This document shows, piece by piece, positions 49,974 through 61,446 of a stretch of 64,000 nt of DNA (position 1 is the first letter of the stretch; every line of letters begins with the position of its first letter). Location of the stretch: assembly GCA_051531975.1 (NCBI GenBank), contig JAOPTT010000006.1, positions 654,977-718,976 of the forward strand, read 5' to 3'. The stretch comes from Spirochaetaceae bacterium. GTDB taxonomy: Bacteria; Spirochaetota; Spirochaetia; DSM-2461. The notes under the pieces were generated by a model. It saw nothing but the letters and a program-made list of their open reading frames with translations, was not told where the DNA came from and searched no databases. Made by a program: the position numbers and the translations under genes.

Positions 49974-50906
49974 CTATTCTACGTTATCTGCTGTAATTAG
50001 ATTTACAGGAACATAAATTTCTCTATCCGCTTTATTATCATAATCTAAAGCCAAACCCTTTATAGCTTTGTCTGCAAGTAGAACAGTCATCTTACCCATT
50101 TCATAAGGAATCTGCTGAACTGTTGCTGCCATAGTACCGGCCTTGATTGCGTCCATTGCCACACCATCACCATTAAAACCAATAATCATAATATCATTAC
50201 GTCCTGCATCAACTGCAGCTTGAGCTGCTGCTGCTGCCATAGGATCATTTTCAGCAAATACAGCTTGAATCCCTGGATGTGCAACTAAAATATCTTGCAT
50301 AATACTGTAACCTTCTTCTGGTTTACTGTGCCCAGAAAGTTCAGATACAACTTTGTAACCTGCATCAGTTACAGCTTTTTTAAATCCTTCACCACGTCGG
50401 ATAGCATATACAGCTGAAGGTTCAACTTTAATAATAGCTACTTCCATAGAACCATTTGTACCTTTTAATTGATCAATTACAAATTCACCAGCAAGAGCAC
50501 CACCACCAAAGTTATCAGAAATAACAATAGCGTCATAATTAGAACCACCACCACCAATATCATCTAAAATTACAGGAATTCCAGCTTCATGTGCTGATTC
50601 TACAACTGGACCTACAGCCGGAGGTTTAACCGGAGAAACTATTAGAGCATCGATACCTTGAACAATTAGATCCTGACAACCTGAAACCATTAAAGCTTCG
50701 TCAGATTTTTGATCATGTAATATAAATTCATAACCTAAACTTTCTGCCATCTCTCTTGTTCCTCTTTCCATTTCCTGAAAGAATCCATACTGCATGTCGT
50801 AAACTGAGAACCCTATAGTCATCTTTTTACTTTCATTTTGACTCGCTGCAAATAATGTATTGGCACTAACAACCAATATCATAACAACCACTAACAATTT
50901 TTTCAT
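49974..50906 (-). CDS. Monosaccharide ABC substrate-binding protein (RbsB-like)
   Basis: Signal peptide; 'VFAENDPMA', 'ATVQQIPYEMG'. Confidence 0.92.
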   Translation of the reverse strand: MKKLLVVVMILVVSANTLFAASQNESKKMTIGFSVYDMQYGFFQEMERGTREMAESLGYEFILHDQKSDEALMVSGCQDLIVQGIDALIVSPVKPPAVGPVVESAHEAGIPVILDDIGGGGSNYDAIVISDNFGGGALAGEFVIDQLKGTNGSMEVAIIKVEPSAVYAIRRGEGFKKAVTDAGYKVVSELSGHSKPEEGYSIMQDILVAHPGIQAVFAENDPMAAAAAQAAVDAGRNDIMIIGFNGDGVAMDAIKAGTMAATVQQIPYEMGKMTVLLADKAIKGLALDYDNKADREIYVPVNLITADNVE

Positions 50907-50999
50907 TTTAAGCCTCCTAAGCTAATTAAATTAAGTTTAAGGGTGATTTAACCATAAGACCATGTACAATAAAGGCAACATGATATACATTTTTAACAT

Positions 51000-51944
51000 A
51001 TGCCAATAGATTTACGGTTTTTCAGGAAATATCTGCACATAAACGATGCAGCTAGAGAATGGGGTCTTTGGTGTACCGATGCAGGTGCAACAGAAATAAA
51101 TCCTGATGACAACTACCCTAAACTTCCCGATACACATCCAGACTCTTTTTCTAAAGATTTATCTAAAGGTCGTGGTCGTATTATTCAAGAATTTCAACTT
51201 ATTTATATAACTCAGGGAAAAGGTCATTTTCAATGGATGGCAAATGATGGGAAAGTATCTGAATTAGAAGTCGAAGCTGGCTCTGCATTAATTCTCTATC
51301 CAGGAATATGGCACTCTTATGCACCGGATAAGAGTACCGGATGGCATGAGTACTGGGTTGGATTTCAAGGTGAAATACCTGAAAAACTACAGCGAAAAAT
51401 GTTATTAAATTCAGAGTCTCCACTCTCTTCAATAGGTCTGCATGAAGACCTTATCACTGATTATAAAGAAATTTTCAATCTTATACATGAAGAACCTCCA
51501 GCTTTTCAAATGATTATTAGCGGCATTATCTTAAAAATGCTTGGACGTGTAACAAGTCTTAATCAGGGTGGAGGCATGGCCCATGGAGTAGAAAGAGCTG
51601 TACGAATGGCAAAGGTTTACTTCGAAGAACATCTTGAAGAAGAGCTTATTATTGAAGACCTCATTGAACATGTGGGTATGAGTTATAGTACTTTTCAACG
51701 TTCATTCAAGGAATATACAGGCTTATCTCCTTACCGATATTTTTTACAGTTAAAGATTCACGAAGCTTGTCTACTACTACTTAATCAAGTTCCAGTAAAA
51801 GATATTGCATTTAGACTATCCTTTAAGAACCCATATTATTTTTCTAGGCTTTTTAAAAATAAAACCGGCCTCACACCTACTGAATGGCAGCGTGGAGCCC
51901 TTCTTTCTCAAGAAAAACCTACCATGGCAATAAATAACCTCTAG
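51000..51944 (+). CDS. AraC family regulator
   Basis: Cupin 'PGIWHSY'; HTH 'FKNPYYFSRLFKNKTGLTP'. Divergent from the ABC operon. Confidence 0.92.
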   Translation: MPIDLRFFRKYLHINDAAREWGLWCTDAGATEINPDDNYPKLPDTHPDSFSKDLSKGRGRIIQEFQLIYITQGKGHFQWMANDGKVSELEVEAGSALILYPGIWHSYAPDKSTGWHEYWVGFQGEIPEKLQRKMLLNSESPLSSIGLHEDLITDYKEIFNLIHEEPPAFQMIISGIILKMLGRVTSLNQGGGMAHGVERAVRMAKVYFEEHLEEELIIEDLIEHVGMSYSTFQRSFKEYTGLSPYRYFLQLKIHEACLLLLNQVPVKDIAFRLSFKNPYYFSRLFKNKTGLTPTEWQRGALLSQEKPTMAINNL

Positions 51945-52120
51945 ACATATGATCATTCTCTTTTTTTGACTAACTAATATAAATATTTTACTACAAAGTG
52001 ACCTATTCTTAAATTATGTTTAATTATATAGAGAGTTCATCTACTGCATATATAGCAACTTTAAATATTTTGATGAAGGATTATAGAAATAAAATTGATT
52101 CTTTATAGGAGAGATATAGA

Positions 52121-54445
52121 ATGAGGAAAACTAATTCTAATCAATCAGGACAAAACAAACATATAAAAAAACAATTGAATCTTACAAATAACGACATGGA
52201 AGGATTTTTCAATATTATTCCTTCTATGCTTGCTATCGCCTCAGATGATGGTTATTTAAAAAAAATAAACTCGGAATGGACGAGGATTCTGGGATTTTCA
52301 GAAGAGGAACTTTTATCAAAACCACTTTTTGATTTTATTCACCCCGAAGATATTGCTCCAACATTAAAAGAGATTGGAAGACAACAAGCCGGTTTTAGTA
52401 CTATTAATTTTATCAATAGATATAGGTGTAAAGACGGATCGTACCGGTTCATAGAATGGGAATCTACTCCTGCATCTAATGGATTTCTTTATGCATCTGG
52501 ACGAGATATTACCGAAAGTAAAAAGGTTGAAGAGGATATAAAAAGAAGAGAAGAACAATATTATGCACTTTCAGAAAATAATCCAGACAATATTATGCGA
52601 TATGATAAAAAATTACGCCATATTTATGCAAATCAATCTACATTGCATGTATCAGGATTTACTGAAGATGAATATATTGGAAAAACACATAGAGAACTTG
52701 GATATCCTGAAGATTTATGTGAATTCTGGGAAGGAATAATCAAAAGAGTCTTTAAAACTGGTGAGAATCATTCAGAAATATTTGAATGGCAGGGGGTAGA
52801 TAAATTAATGACACTTGAATGGAGATGTATACCAGAATTTGCAACTGATGGATCGGTTGAATCCGTTTTAGCTATTTCCAGAGATGTTACAGAAAGAAAA
52901 AATGTGGAGAACCAACTAATTGAAAGCGAAAATAGATTTAGACGTGCTGTTGAAAAAAGTCCATTTCCCATAATGATTCATGCTGAAGATGGTGAGGTCT
53001 TATCAATAAGCAATACATGGACAGAATTAAGTGGTTACACTCATGATGATATCCCGACAATAAGTATTTGGACTGAGAAAGCTTATGGTATCCAAAAAAA
53101 AATGGTTACCCAGGATATAAATGCTCTTTATGATCTTCAGCACCGTAAATCAGAAGGAGAATATGAAGTAAATTGTTCTGACGGATCCAAAAAGATTTGG
53201 GATTTCAGTTCTATCTCATTGGGTAGATTACCAGACAATCGGCGAATAGCGATGAGTATGGCTGCAGATGTTACAGATCGAATAAAAGCAGAGGTAGATA
53301 AAGATAAATTACAGCAACAGCTCAATCATAAAAGCAAAATGGACTCGATTGGAGAACTTGCAGGAGGAATGGCACATGATTTTAATAATGTTTTAACTGG
53401 AATAATGAGTGCTTCTCAACTACTTAGTTTACCTACAAGTGGACTAAGTGAGAATAACCTTAAATATGTCGGTATGATTTCTCAAGCATCAGTTCGTGCT
53501 TCTGAACTTATCAGTAAAATGCTTGCTTTTAGCCGGAAAGGTAAAATAGTAACAACGACTCTAAATATTCATGAGATTCTGAATGATTTAGTTGAAATAT
53601 TAGAAGGAACGATAGATAAAAAAATTACTCTTTCAGTAGTAAAAGAAGCACCAAATTATAATTTTACAGGTGATCTCTCTGCAATTGAAAGTGCATTTCT
53701 AAATTTAGGAATTAATGCCAGTCATGCGATGCCAGATGGAGGGACAATACAATTTAAAACATTTAATACTTTCCTAGATCAGAAATATTGTGATTCAAGT
53801 TCTTTTGAGATTAAACCTGGAAATTATTTACGGATAGAAATTAAAGATACAGGTTGCGGAATTCCAAAAGTTAATTTAGATAAAATATTTAATCCTTTTT
53901 ACTCAACAAAGGAACAGGGTAAAGGCACAGGTCTCGGTTTGTCTGCAGTTTATGGTACGATACAAGATCACGATGGTAGTATCGAGGTTAATAGCGAAGT
54001 AGGATTAGGTACAACTTTTAATATTTTACTACCTTGTTCTGAACATTTAATTAAACAAGTGAAGGATATAAAACCAATACTAACTGGAGCTGGAACAATA
54101 TTACTTGTTGATGATGAAGAACTTAATAGAATCTTGAATCAAGAAATCCTAGAATTACTTGGATACAAAGTTTTACTAGCTAAAGACGGGCTGGAATCAA
54201 TAGAGATTTTCAGTAAAAAACATTCTGAAATTGATATAGTTCTTATGGATATGATTATGCCGAAAATGAATGGAGCTGAAGCTTTTACAAAAATGAGAAC
54301 AATAGATGGAAATTGTAAAGTAATTATTACATCAGGTTATATTAAAGATGAGAAGATTGATGAGTTAATAAAATTGGGTTTAGCTGGATTTATTAGTAAA
54401 CCCTATAAAATTTCTGAAATCAGTCAGCTTTTAGATATCGTTTAG
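52121..54445 (+). CDS. Multi-PAS hybrid histidine kinase
   Basis: Three PAS-like segments ('FIHPED'); 'AHDFNN', 'GKGTGLGLS'; receiver domain. Confidence 0.92.
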   Translation: MRKTNSNQSGQNKHIKKQLNLTNNDMEGFFNIIPSMLAIASDDGYLKKINSEWTRILGFSEEELLSKPLFDFIHPEDIAPTLKEIGRQQAGFSTINFINRYRCKDGSYRFIEWESTPASNGFLYASGRDITESKKVEEDIKRREEQYYALSENNPDNIMRYDKKLRHIYANQSTLHVSGFTEDEYIGKTHRELGYPEDLCEFWEGIIKRVFKTGENHSEIFEWQGVDKLMTLEWRCIPEFATDGSVESVLAISRDVTERKNVENQLIESENRFRRAVEKSPFPIMIHAEDGEVLSISNTWTELSGYTHDDIPTISIWTEKAYGIQKKMVTQDINALYDLQHRKSEGEYEVNCSDGSKKIWDFSSISLGRLPDNRRIAMSMAADVTDRIKAEVDKDKLQQQLNHKSKMDSIGELAGGMAHDFNNVLTGIMSASQLLSLPTSGLSENNLKYVGMISQASVRASELISKMLAFSRKGKIVTTTLNIHEILNDLVEILEGTIDKKITLSVVKEAPNYNFTGDLSAIESAFLNLGINASHAMPDGGTIQFKTFNTFLDQKYCDSSSFEIKPGNYLRIEIKDTGCGIPKVNLDKIFNPFYSTKEQGKGTGLGLSAVYGTIQDHDGSIEVNSEVGLGTTFNILLPCSEHLIKQVKDIKPILTGAGTILLVDDEELNRILNQEILELLGYKVLLAKDGLESIEIFSKKHSEIDIVLMDMIMPKMNGAEAFTKMRTIDGNCKVIITSGYIKDEKIDELIKLGLAGFISKPYKISEISQLLDIV

Positions 54446-54530
54446 AATAAGTAAAGTTGATTTTAAATTAATAATAATCTTTTAAGGATACCAATCAACG
54501 ACAATACTCTTAAAAGCTGACATCTTTGTG

Positions 54531-55196
54531 TTATTTAACAAATTCTCTTTGAATAACAATATATGTTTCATCATTAAATGAGCCTATATCAGAAGCATAT
54601 TTCAACTTAGGTGCAGTATCCAAGTTATCCAGAATTTCATAAATCTCATCATCCAATCCATAAAATGCAAATTGAATATATTCTCCTCTGATAATTATAT
54701 TAAAAAAACCTGGAACTTCTGATAATTGTTTCGCAACTGCAATAGGGAAGTTTTCATCGCCATTTAAAATTTCTATATTTCCTGCTAAAAATGAATCAGA
54801 TGATCTAATACTTTGGGAATCCACAGTGCTTTTATGCACAATATAATTTCCGACATAATCAGTACGTACGGCATAGATACCAAAAGTTTCTTGGGTTTCT
54901 TCTATTAACTCATCAAATGACTGCCCACTATCAGAGTTATAAACAAACTGCAGACACCATGGTGGTCCACCGTATGGACGGATAACAAGGGATAAGAAAC
55001 CTGGGTCTTTTGCCCATGAGTGTGCAATCTCACTGAGTCTCTCAGGACCTAACCTATCTCTTGTCTCATTTTCTGCAAATGCAATTATTCCTGCAGCACC
55101 AGTTGCATTATAATCATTAATCGTTTGAGCGTTCAGTAAACTTGTAGATAAAAAAATAAATGTCATAAGTATCAAATATAAAGCTGATTTTTTCAT
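54531..55196 (-). CDS. Secreted hypothetical protein
   Basis: Signal peptide 'MKKSALYLIL...LNAQT'; GGAG RBS. Confidence 0.7.
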   Translation of the reverse strand: MKKSALYLILMTFIFLSTSLLNAQTINDYNATGAAGIIAFAENETRDRLGPERLSEIAHSWAKDPGFLSLVIRPYGGPPWCLQFVYNSDSGQSFDELIEETQETFGIYAVRTDYVGNYIVHKSTVDSQSIRSSDSFLAGNIEILNGDENFPIAVAKQLSEVPGFFNIIIRGEYIQFAFYGLDDEIYEILDNLDTAPKLKYASDIGSFNDETYIVIQREFVK

Positions 55197-55379
55197 GAGA
55201 ACTCCTTTAAAGTCTATAGTTTAAATATAGAGAGTAAAAAATTGGTTGTAAATAATAATATATTCAAAATAAATATTTAGTGATTTTCCAATATTTACAT
55301 TAACAACAGTAATGACTGATAAACTAAATGAGAGGGTTACACTTATTACATTTTGCTGGGTTGAGCTTTTATTTCCAAT

Positions 55380-55453
55380 AAATGTCAGGTATATGGACAT
55401 TTATGATTGACTTATACCTATTATGAGGTAAAATGTCATTATGGAAGACATTA
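55380..55453 (+). promoter_or_regulatory. tetR promoter with two AATGTC-N9-GACATT operators
   Basis: Dyads at 55381-55401 and 55432-55452; TTGACT (55407) and TAAAAT (55429). Confidence 0.65.
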
Positions 55454-56112
55454 ATGTCACATACAAAGAGAGCCAAACTAAAGCTAAAACAAGACAAACA
55501 ATCTTATCAAAGAGTCTAAATCTATTTACTTCAAATAGTATAGAGAGTGTATCACTTGTGGAAATAGCCAAAGTCTGTGATATCACAACAAGGAATTTAT
55601 ATAGATATTACCCTTCTAAGGAGTTTCTAGTTATAGATTGTACATATTTTTGTTTTTATAATTCTCAACTTTCTAATTCATTTGAGTTGGATACATCCAC
55701 GACCGGTTTATATCAGCTAAAGTCAATTATGATTAGTTTAATTAATTTAAAAGAAGACAAAACAGAGGATATTGGTTTTACAAAATACATAATGTATTTT
55801 GATATATACATTTCCACCCTCTCTAAAACCCACCCTGCATTTATTAAATATACAAAAGAGTATTTACCATTTATTGAGGAGGAAGATAGATATCCTATTA
55901 AATCCGCTTTGATGTGTGGAATTAAAGATGGAACTATTAATATAAAAGAAGAAGAGATTGATCTATATGATACATATATTCTTCAATCCATTTTTAGTCT
56001 TTTAATGAGAATAAATATTAAAGAATATGAAAATAAAAAAATTAATGAATCCCTTGTATATAAACACATTGAAATAATTTTAGAACACTTAGGAGTAAAC
56101 AGTGAAAATTAG
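55441..56112 (+). CDS. TetR family regulator
   Basis: 'VSLVEIAKVCDITTRNLYRYYPSKE'. Confidence 0.85.
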   Translation: MEDINVTYKESQTKAKTRQTILSKSLNLFTSNSIESVSLVEIAKVCDITTRNLYRYYPSKEFLVIDCTYFCFYNSQLSNSFELDTSTTGLYQLKSIMISLINLKEDKTEDIGFTKYIMYFDIYISTLSKTHPAFIKYTKEYLPFIEEEDRYPIKSALMCGIKDGTINIKEEEIDLYDTYILQSIFSLLMRINIKEYENKKINESLVYKHIEIILEHLGVNSEN

Positions 56113-58528
56113 CATTAACAATCTATTAAAAGAGTTAACATTGGAAGAGAAGGCAAGTCTTTGCTCAGGAAAAGATTTCTGGCATTTAAAAGGTATAGAA
56201 AGGCTTAATATCCCATCTATAATGGTTACTGATGGTCCCCACGGTTTACGAAAACAAGAGGCAAAGGGAGACCATGTAGGGTTAGGAGGAAGTGTAAAAG
56301 CTACTTGTTTCCCAACAGCTTCAGCTACTGCCAGTTCCTGGGATATAGATATGATGGAAGAGATGGGTGTGGCACTTGGAGAGGAGTGTCTAGCTGAAGA
56401 TGTATCTGTTCTTTTAGGCCCTGGAGTTAATATTAAAAGATCCCCACTATGTGGTAGAAATTTTGAATATATATCAGAAGACCCATATGTTACTGGTAAA
56501 ATGGGAGCAGCCCTAGTTAACGGTATACAGAGCCAAGGGATAGGAACATCACTTAAACATTTTGCTCTTAATAATCAAGAACATAGACGAATGGTTACAG
56601 ATTCTGTAGTAGATGAGAGAACACTAAGAGAGATCTATCTACCTGGTTTTGAAGAAGTAATTAAAAAAGCTGGGCCCTGGACAGTAATGTGTGCTTATAA
56701 CAAAATTGAAGGTGAATACTGTAGTGATAATAAGAAATTATTAACTGATATATTAAAAGATGAGTGGGGTCATACTGGTTTAGTAGTTACCGACTGGGGT
56801 GCATGTAATGACAGAGTTCAGGGTATTAAAGCCGGGCTTGAATTAGAGATGCCTTCAAGTGGTGGTATAAATGATAAGTTAATTGTGGAAGCTGTTAACA
56901 GTGGTAATTTAACAGTACAGGAGCTTGATAAAGTTGTAAGCAGAGTACTGGATCTAATTTTTAAATCTGAAGAAGCAAAAAAACCGGATTTTAATTATGA
57001 TAAAGATGTACATAATGAACTTGCAAGGAAAGTTGCAGGAAACTCAGCAGTTCTACTAAAAAATAGTAATAACTTTTTACCACTAATTAATACTGAAAAT
57101 ATACTTATTGTGGGAGAGTTTGCCAAAACTCCAAGATATCAGGGTGCTGGAAGTTCATTTATCAATCCACATAAGATAACAAGTTCTCTAGATGAGTTTG
57201 ATAAACTGGGTATAAAATATGATTACAAACAGGGATATAACATAAGTTCAGATATACCAGATAATAACCTTATTATAGAGGCTGTTAATTCATCAAAAGG
57301 AAAAGGTACTGTTATTATATTTGCAGGTTTAACAGATGATTATGAATCAGAAGGCTTTGATAGGATACATATCGATCTTCCTGACAGTCATACTAGTTTA
57401 ATAAAATCTCTAGCCGAAGTGAATAATAATGTAATTGTTGTATTACAAAATGGTGCTCCAGTTTCTATGCCATGGAAAGATAGCGTCAACTCAATTTTAG
57501 AGTGTTACCTTGGGGGACAGGCTGGTGGAGCTGCTGCTGTAGATATACTTTTAGGAAAAGTAAATCCAAGTGGAAAGTTAGCTGAAACGTTTCCTATTAA
57601 AATTGAAGATGATCTAGCAACAAACTGGTTTGGAATGGGACCTAAAACTGTGGAGTATCGTGAGAGTATTTATGTTGGATACCGTTATTATGACACTGCA
57701 AAAAAAGATGTTTTATTTCCTTTTGGGTATGGTTTAAGTTATACAGAGTTTGAGTATTCTAATCTAAAACTGGACAAAACAGAAATGACTGAAAGTGAAA
57801 CATTAACAGTTAGTCTAAATGTTAAAAATACCGGTTCACTAGCAGGAAAAGAGATAGTTCAGTTATATGTTAATGATACAAAGAGTATTATATTCAGACC
57901 TGAAAAAGAACTTAAAGAATTTACTAAAGTTGATCTTAACCCTGGAGAACAAAAAAATGTAACATTTAAATTAAGTAAAAGGGATTTTGCATATTACAAT
58001 GTGGATGAAAAAGACTGGGTAATAGAGAGCGGAAACTTTAAAATATTATTAGGAGCATCCAGTAGAGATATTAGGCTAGAAGCTGAGTTAACTGTAAATT
58101 CATCATCTGAAATTAAGACACCAGATCTTAGAAATTTAACTCCTGAATATTACAACATTAAAGATATTAAAAATATAAAAGATGGAAGTTTTACACACCT
58201 TTTAGGTCGGGAAATCCCAATGCAAAATATGGCAAAGGGGGAACTGTTTAATATAACTTCAACTGTAGGGGATGTAAGCAATACCTTTATTGGTAAAAAA
58301 CTGTATAAACTAATTCTGAAAAACTTTTTAAAAACATCAGGAAATGAAGAGAAGATTGATCCAACTATGGAAAGAATGATGACAGCCATAATTTTTGACA
58401 TGCCACTACGAAGTCTTATTTTAATGAGTGGAGGAAAATTCAGTACAAAAGCGATAAATGGTGTAATTCATATGATAAACTCCAGGTATTTAAAGGGTAT
58501 TATCACTTTGCTTAAACCAGGTAAATAA
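56102..58528 (+). CDS. GH3 beta-glucosidase
   Basis: 'TDGPHGLRKQ', 'GRNFEYISEDP', 'VVTDWG', 'PFGYGLSYT'. Confidence 0.95.
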   Translation: MKISINNLLKELTLEEKASLCSGKDFWHLKGIERLNIPSIMVTDGPHGLRKQEAKGDHVGLGGSVKATCFPTASATASSWDIDMMEEMGVALGEECLAEDVSVLLGPGVNIKRSPLCGRNFEYISEDPYVTGKMGAALVNGIQSQGIGTSLKHFALNNQEHRRMVTDSVVDERTLREIYLPGFEEVIKKAGPWTVMCAYNKIEGEYCSDNKKLLTDILKDEWGHTGLVVTDWGACNDRVQGIKAGLELEMPSSGGINDKLIVEAVNSGNLTVQELDKVVSRVLDLIFKSEEAKKPDFNYDKDVHNELARKVAGNSAVLLKNSNNFLPLINTENILIVGEFAKTPRYQGAGSSFINPHKITSSLDEFDKLGIKYDYKQGYNISSDIPDNNLIIEAVNSSKGKGTVIIFAGLTDDYESEGFDRIHIDLPDSHTSLIKSLAEVNNNVIVVLQNGAPVSMPWKDSVNSILECYLGGQAGGAAAVDILLGKVNPSGKLAETFPIKIEDDLATNWFGMGPKTVEYRESIYVGYRYYDTAKKDVLFPFGYGLSYTEFEYSNLKLDKTEMTESETLTVSLNVKNTGSLAGKEIVQLYVNDTKSIIFRPEKELKEFTKVDLNPGEQKNVTFKLSKRDFAYYNVDEKDWVIESGNFKILLGASSRDIRLEAELTVNSSSEIKTPDLRNLTPEYYNIKDIKNIKDGSFTHLLGREIPMQNMAKGELFNITSTVGDVSNTFIGKKLYKLILKNFLKTSGNEEKIDPTMERMMTAIIFDMPLRSLILMSGGKFSTKAINGVIHMINSRYLKGIITLLKPGK

Positions 58529-58726
58529 AAAGATATATAGGTGATAAATATAACTTCTATGAAGCCCGTGTTTATCACCTATATACTCCCAAAGTCTTAG
58601 TGAAGAGGCAATTATATAGGCAAGATTGCTATGTTATGGTATTTAATTTAGGTTTTGTAGGGGACAAATTATAGTTAACAGATGTATTAATTTGACTGTT
58701 GCATTTGTCCATTATACAATCTATTT

Positions 58727-60424
58727 ATGAAACTTAATCTTTCTTTAAAAAGACAATTCTTTATATTAATTTCAATACAACTACTGTTTGGTTTAATAAT
58801 ACAGTCATATTATTCATTTAACCTTAATAGATTATTGGTTGATAGACAAAAGGAATATGTTCAAAACAGTGAAGATCAAATAGTATCAATTATTAATAAT
58901 AAGCAAAAGTCAATTAACTACATAGGTGAAACTCTTGTTCTAAATACTCTGCATCAGGAGTTTATCAATGAAAATGATCCCATTAAAAAAGCTGGATTGA
59001 TTAAACATATAAAAAGAAATTTCTCAGAGATAAGTGAAAGAAACCACGATGTTACTGATATTAAAATACTCTCTTCAGATGGTGATATTCTTGTTGAAAA
59101 TATTATGGGAACAAGGTTTGTAATGGCTGAGATGTTACAAGAATACTCTTTGGAAAGCATTAGATCAGGACTTGTAACAACATTCTATTACGACGATTAT
59201 TATTCAATAAACAAAAAAAATAGGATGCACTTTTTTTATATATCTCCAATATATTCAACTACAGAATATACAGGAAAAGCTCTAGGATATATTATTATTG
59301 CAGTTTCGATGAGTCATATAAACAACTATCTTAACAAAGGATCAGACTATATAATATCAGATAAAAATGGTGTTATTGGGGCAAGTACAAATCATACCCT
59401 TATTAATACAAACGAGTTAAATATTAATGGAAATGAAAAAGCAAAACAGAGAGTAATTGATGTTTTAGATTGGACAATATATAGCAATAACTCATTTACC
59501 AATATTAAAACAAATATAACACCAGTAATAAATAACGGTATAATTATATTAGTTGCAGCATTGGTATTTATGGCTCTATCTTCCATAATTATTATGAATA
59601 GTATAACCAATCCAATCAAAGATATTATTCTTAGTTTAAGAGACATTGCCAGTAAAAAACATAATAAAATTAAATCTACCAATAGTAATGAAATTGAGAT
59701 TTTAACAAAAGAAATAAATATTATGTTACATAAAATAGAAGAATCCAATACTGAACTAATCGAAAAAAATGGGTTTTTACTTCTTGAAAAAGTTGAGAAG
59801 AAGAGAGCCCAGCTAGAGGCTCTACAGAGTCAAATCAATCCTCATTTTCTATATAATACATTGGAATCAATAAGAATGATGTCATTAACTGATGATAGGA
59901 AAGAGATAGCCACAGCAATAAAAATACTTGCAAATCTATTCAGATATACTACAAAAACTGATGTTAAAGAGGTAAGTTTTAAAGAAGAACTAAATCATGT
60001 AAAAAATTATACTGAACTGCTTAAGATAAGATATGAAGATAATGTTGTCATTAACTACGAAATAGATGAAACACTATATAAGAATAGAACTCTTAAATTT
60101 ATCCTGCAACCCATCGTCGAAAATGCTTTTGAACACGGTTTAAAAAATAAAATAGGAACTATTATTATTAGGTTAAAAAAGATCAAGAACTCCGCAGTTT
60201 TTAGTGTTATAGATAATGGAAGTGGAATAGATGATAATACTCTAGATTTAATGTCAAAAAGATTAAACAATGAAATAAAACAAACTAACGGTAGTATTGG
60301 CCTTTATAATGTAAATAAACGAATTAAACTAAAATACGGTGATAAATATGGTGTTTTTATAAAATCAAATATAGATATAGGAACCACAGTATCAATCTTT
60401 TTACCAAATGAGGAAAATGTATGA
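58727..60424 (+). CDS. YesM-like sensor histidine kinase
   Basis: 'LQSQINPHFLYNTLE', 'QPIVENAFEHG'. Confidence 0.92.
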   Translation: MKLNLSLKRQFFILISIQLLFGLIIQSYYSFNLNRLLVDRQKEYVQNSEDQIVSIINNKQKSINYIGETLVLNTLHQEFINENDPIKKAGLIKHIKRNFSEISERNHDVTDIKILSSDGDILVENIMGTRFVMAEMLQEYSLESIRSGLVTTFYYDDYYSINKKNRMHFFYISPIYSTTEYTGKALGYIIIAVSMSHINNYLNKGSDYIISDKNGVIGASTNHTLINTNELNINGNEKAKQRVIDVLDWTIYSNNSFTNIKTNITPVINNGIIILVAALVFMALSSIIIMNSITNPIKDIILSLRDIASKKHNKIKSTNSNEIEILTKEINIMLHKIEESNTELIEKNGFLLLEKVEKKRAQLEALQSQINPHFLYNTLESIRMMSLTDDRKEIATAIKILANLFRYTTKTDVKEVSFKEELNHVKNYTELLKIRYEDNVVINYEIDETLYKNRTLKFILQPIVENAFEHGLKNKIGTIIIRLKKIKNSAVFSVIDNGSGIDDNTLDLMSKRLNNEIKQTNGSIGLYNVNKRIKLKYGDKYGVFIKSNIDIGTTVSIFLPNEENV

Positions 60425-61446
60425 ATATTCTAATAGTTGACGATGAACCCAAAATTAGAAAAGGTCTAAGACATGTTGTTGACTGGTTTGAACACGGAAT
60501 AAAAATTATAGGTTCAGCATCAAATGGCAGTGAAGCTTTAGAAATAATTAAGAACCCTGATAATAAAGTTGATTTAGTTATTACTGATATAGAAATGCCT
60601 ATCATGGATGGTATCCAATTATCTAAAGAGATCAAAAATAGTTATCCGGGAATAAAAATTATTATACTCTCAGGTTATGACAACTTTGAATATGCAAAAA
60701 AAGCAATGATATACGGAGTTACCGATTATCTATTAAAACCGGTGGATGAAGATGAACTATTAAATACTGTTTTAAAATTAAGAAAGCAGATAGAAGATAA
60801 AAATTTTAGTTATCCAGAAGGATTTGTAAAAAAAATAATAGATGATATAGAGAGTTTTAAATCTAAAGAGATAAATGATAATATAGAAGAACTTTATCTT
60901 TATTTTAAAAAAGAGAGATATACTTTAAAACAGATTAAAGGTTCATTAAATCTTATGTTTCTTAATATTGAAAATAAAATGCTTCCTGAAGGAGTTTCTT
61001 ATAAAGATATTTCGAACAATGATGAATTTCAGACTAATAACCTGTCATCTAGCTCACCAGAAGAATCTATGACTCTTTTTCTAAAATGTCTGATTATTAT
61101 TGCTGAACATAAATCATCAAGTAAATCTTTAACAATAATAAATCAGATAAAAAAATATATTAGAGAGAACCTGGGTTCAGAAATATCACTGAATTCTGTT
61201 GCAAGTGAGTTCCTTTTAAATCCTTCATATCTAAGCCAATTATTCAAAAAACATTATAAAGGTGGGTTTTTAACATATATTATCGATCTAAAAATGGAGA
61301 AAGCTAAAAAATTATTAAAAGATAAAAACCTCAAAATATCAGAAATTAGTGAAATAATTGGTTATACTGATGTAAAATACTTTAGTAAACTTTTCAAGAA
61401 CAAAATTGGAATACGTCCATCAGAATATAGGGAGAATTTAAGTTAA
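60421..61446 (+). CDS. YesN-like response regulator (REC-AraC)
   Basis: 'TDIEMPIMDG', 'GYTDVKYFSKLFK'. Confidence 0.92.
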   Translation: MNILIVDDEPKIRKGLRHVVDWFEHGIKIIGSASNGSEALEIIKNPDNKVDLVITDIEMPIMDGIQLSKEIKNSYPGIKIIILSGYDNFEYAKKAMIYGVTDYLLKPVDEDELLNTVLKLRKQIEDKNFSYPEGFVKKIIDDIESFKSKEINDNIEELYLYFKKERYTLKQIKGSLNLMFLNIENKMLPEGVSYKDISNNDEFQTNNLSSSSPEESMTLFLKCLIIIAEHKSSSKSLTIINQIKKYIRENLGSEISLNSVASEFLLNPSYLSQLFKKHYKGGFLTYIIDLKMEKAKKLLKDKNLKISEISEIIGYTDVKYFSKLFKNKIGIRPSEYRENLS

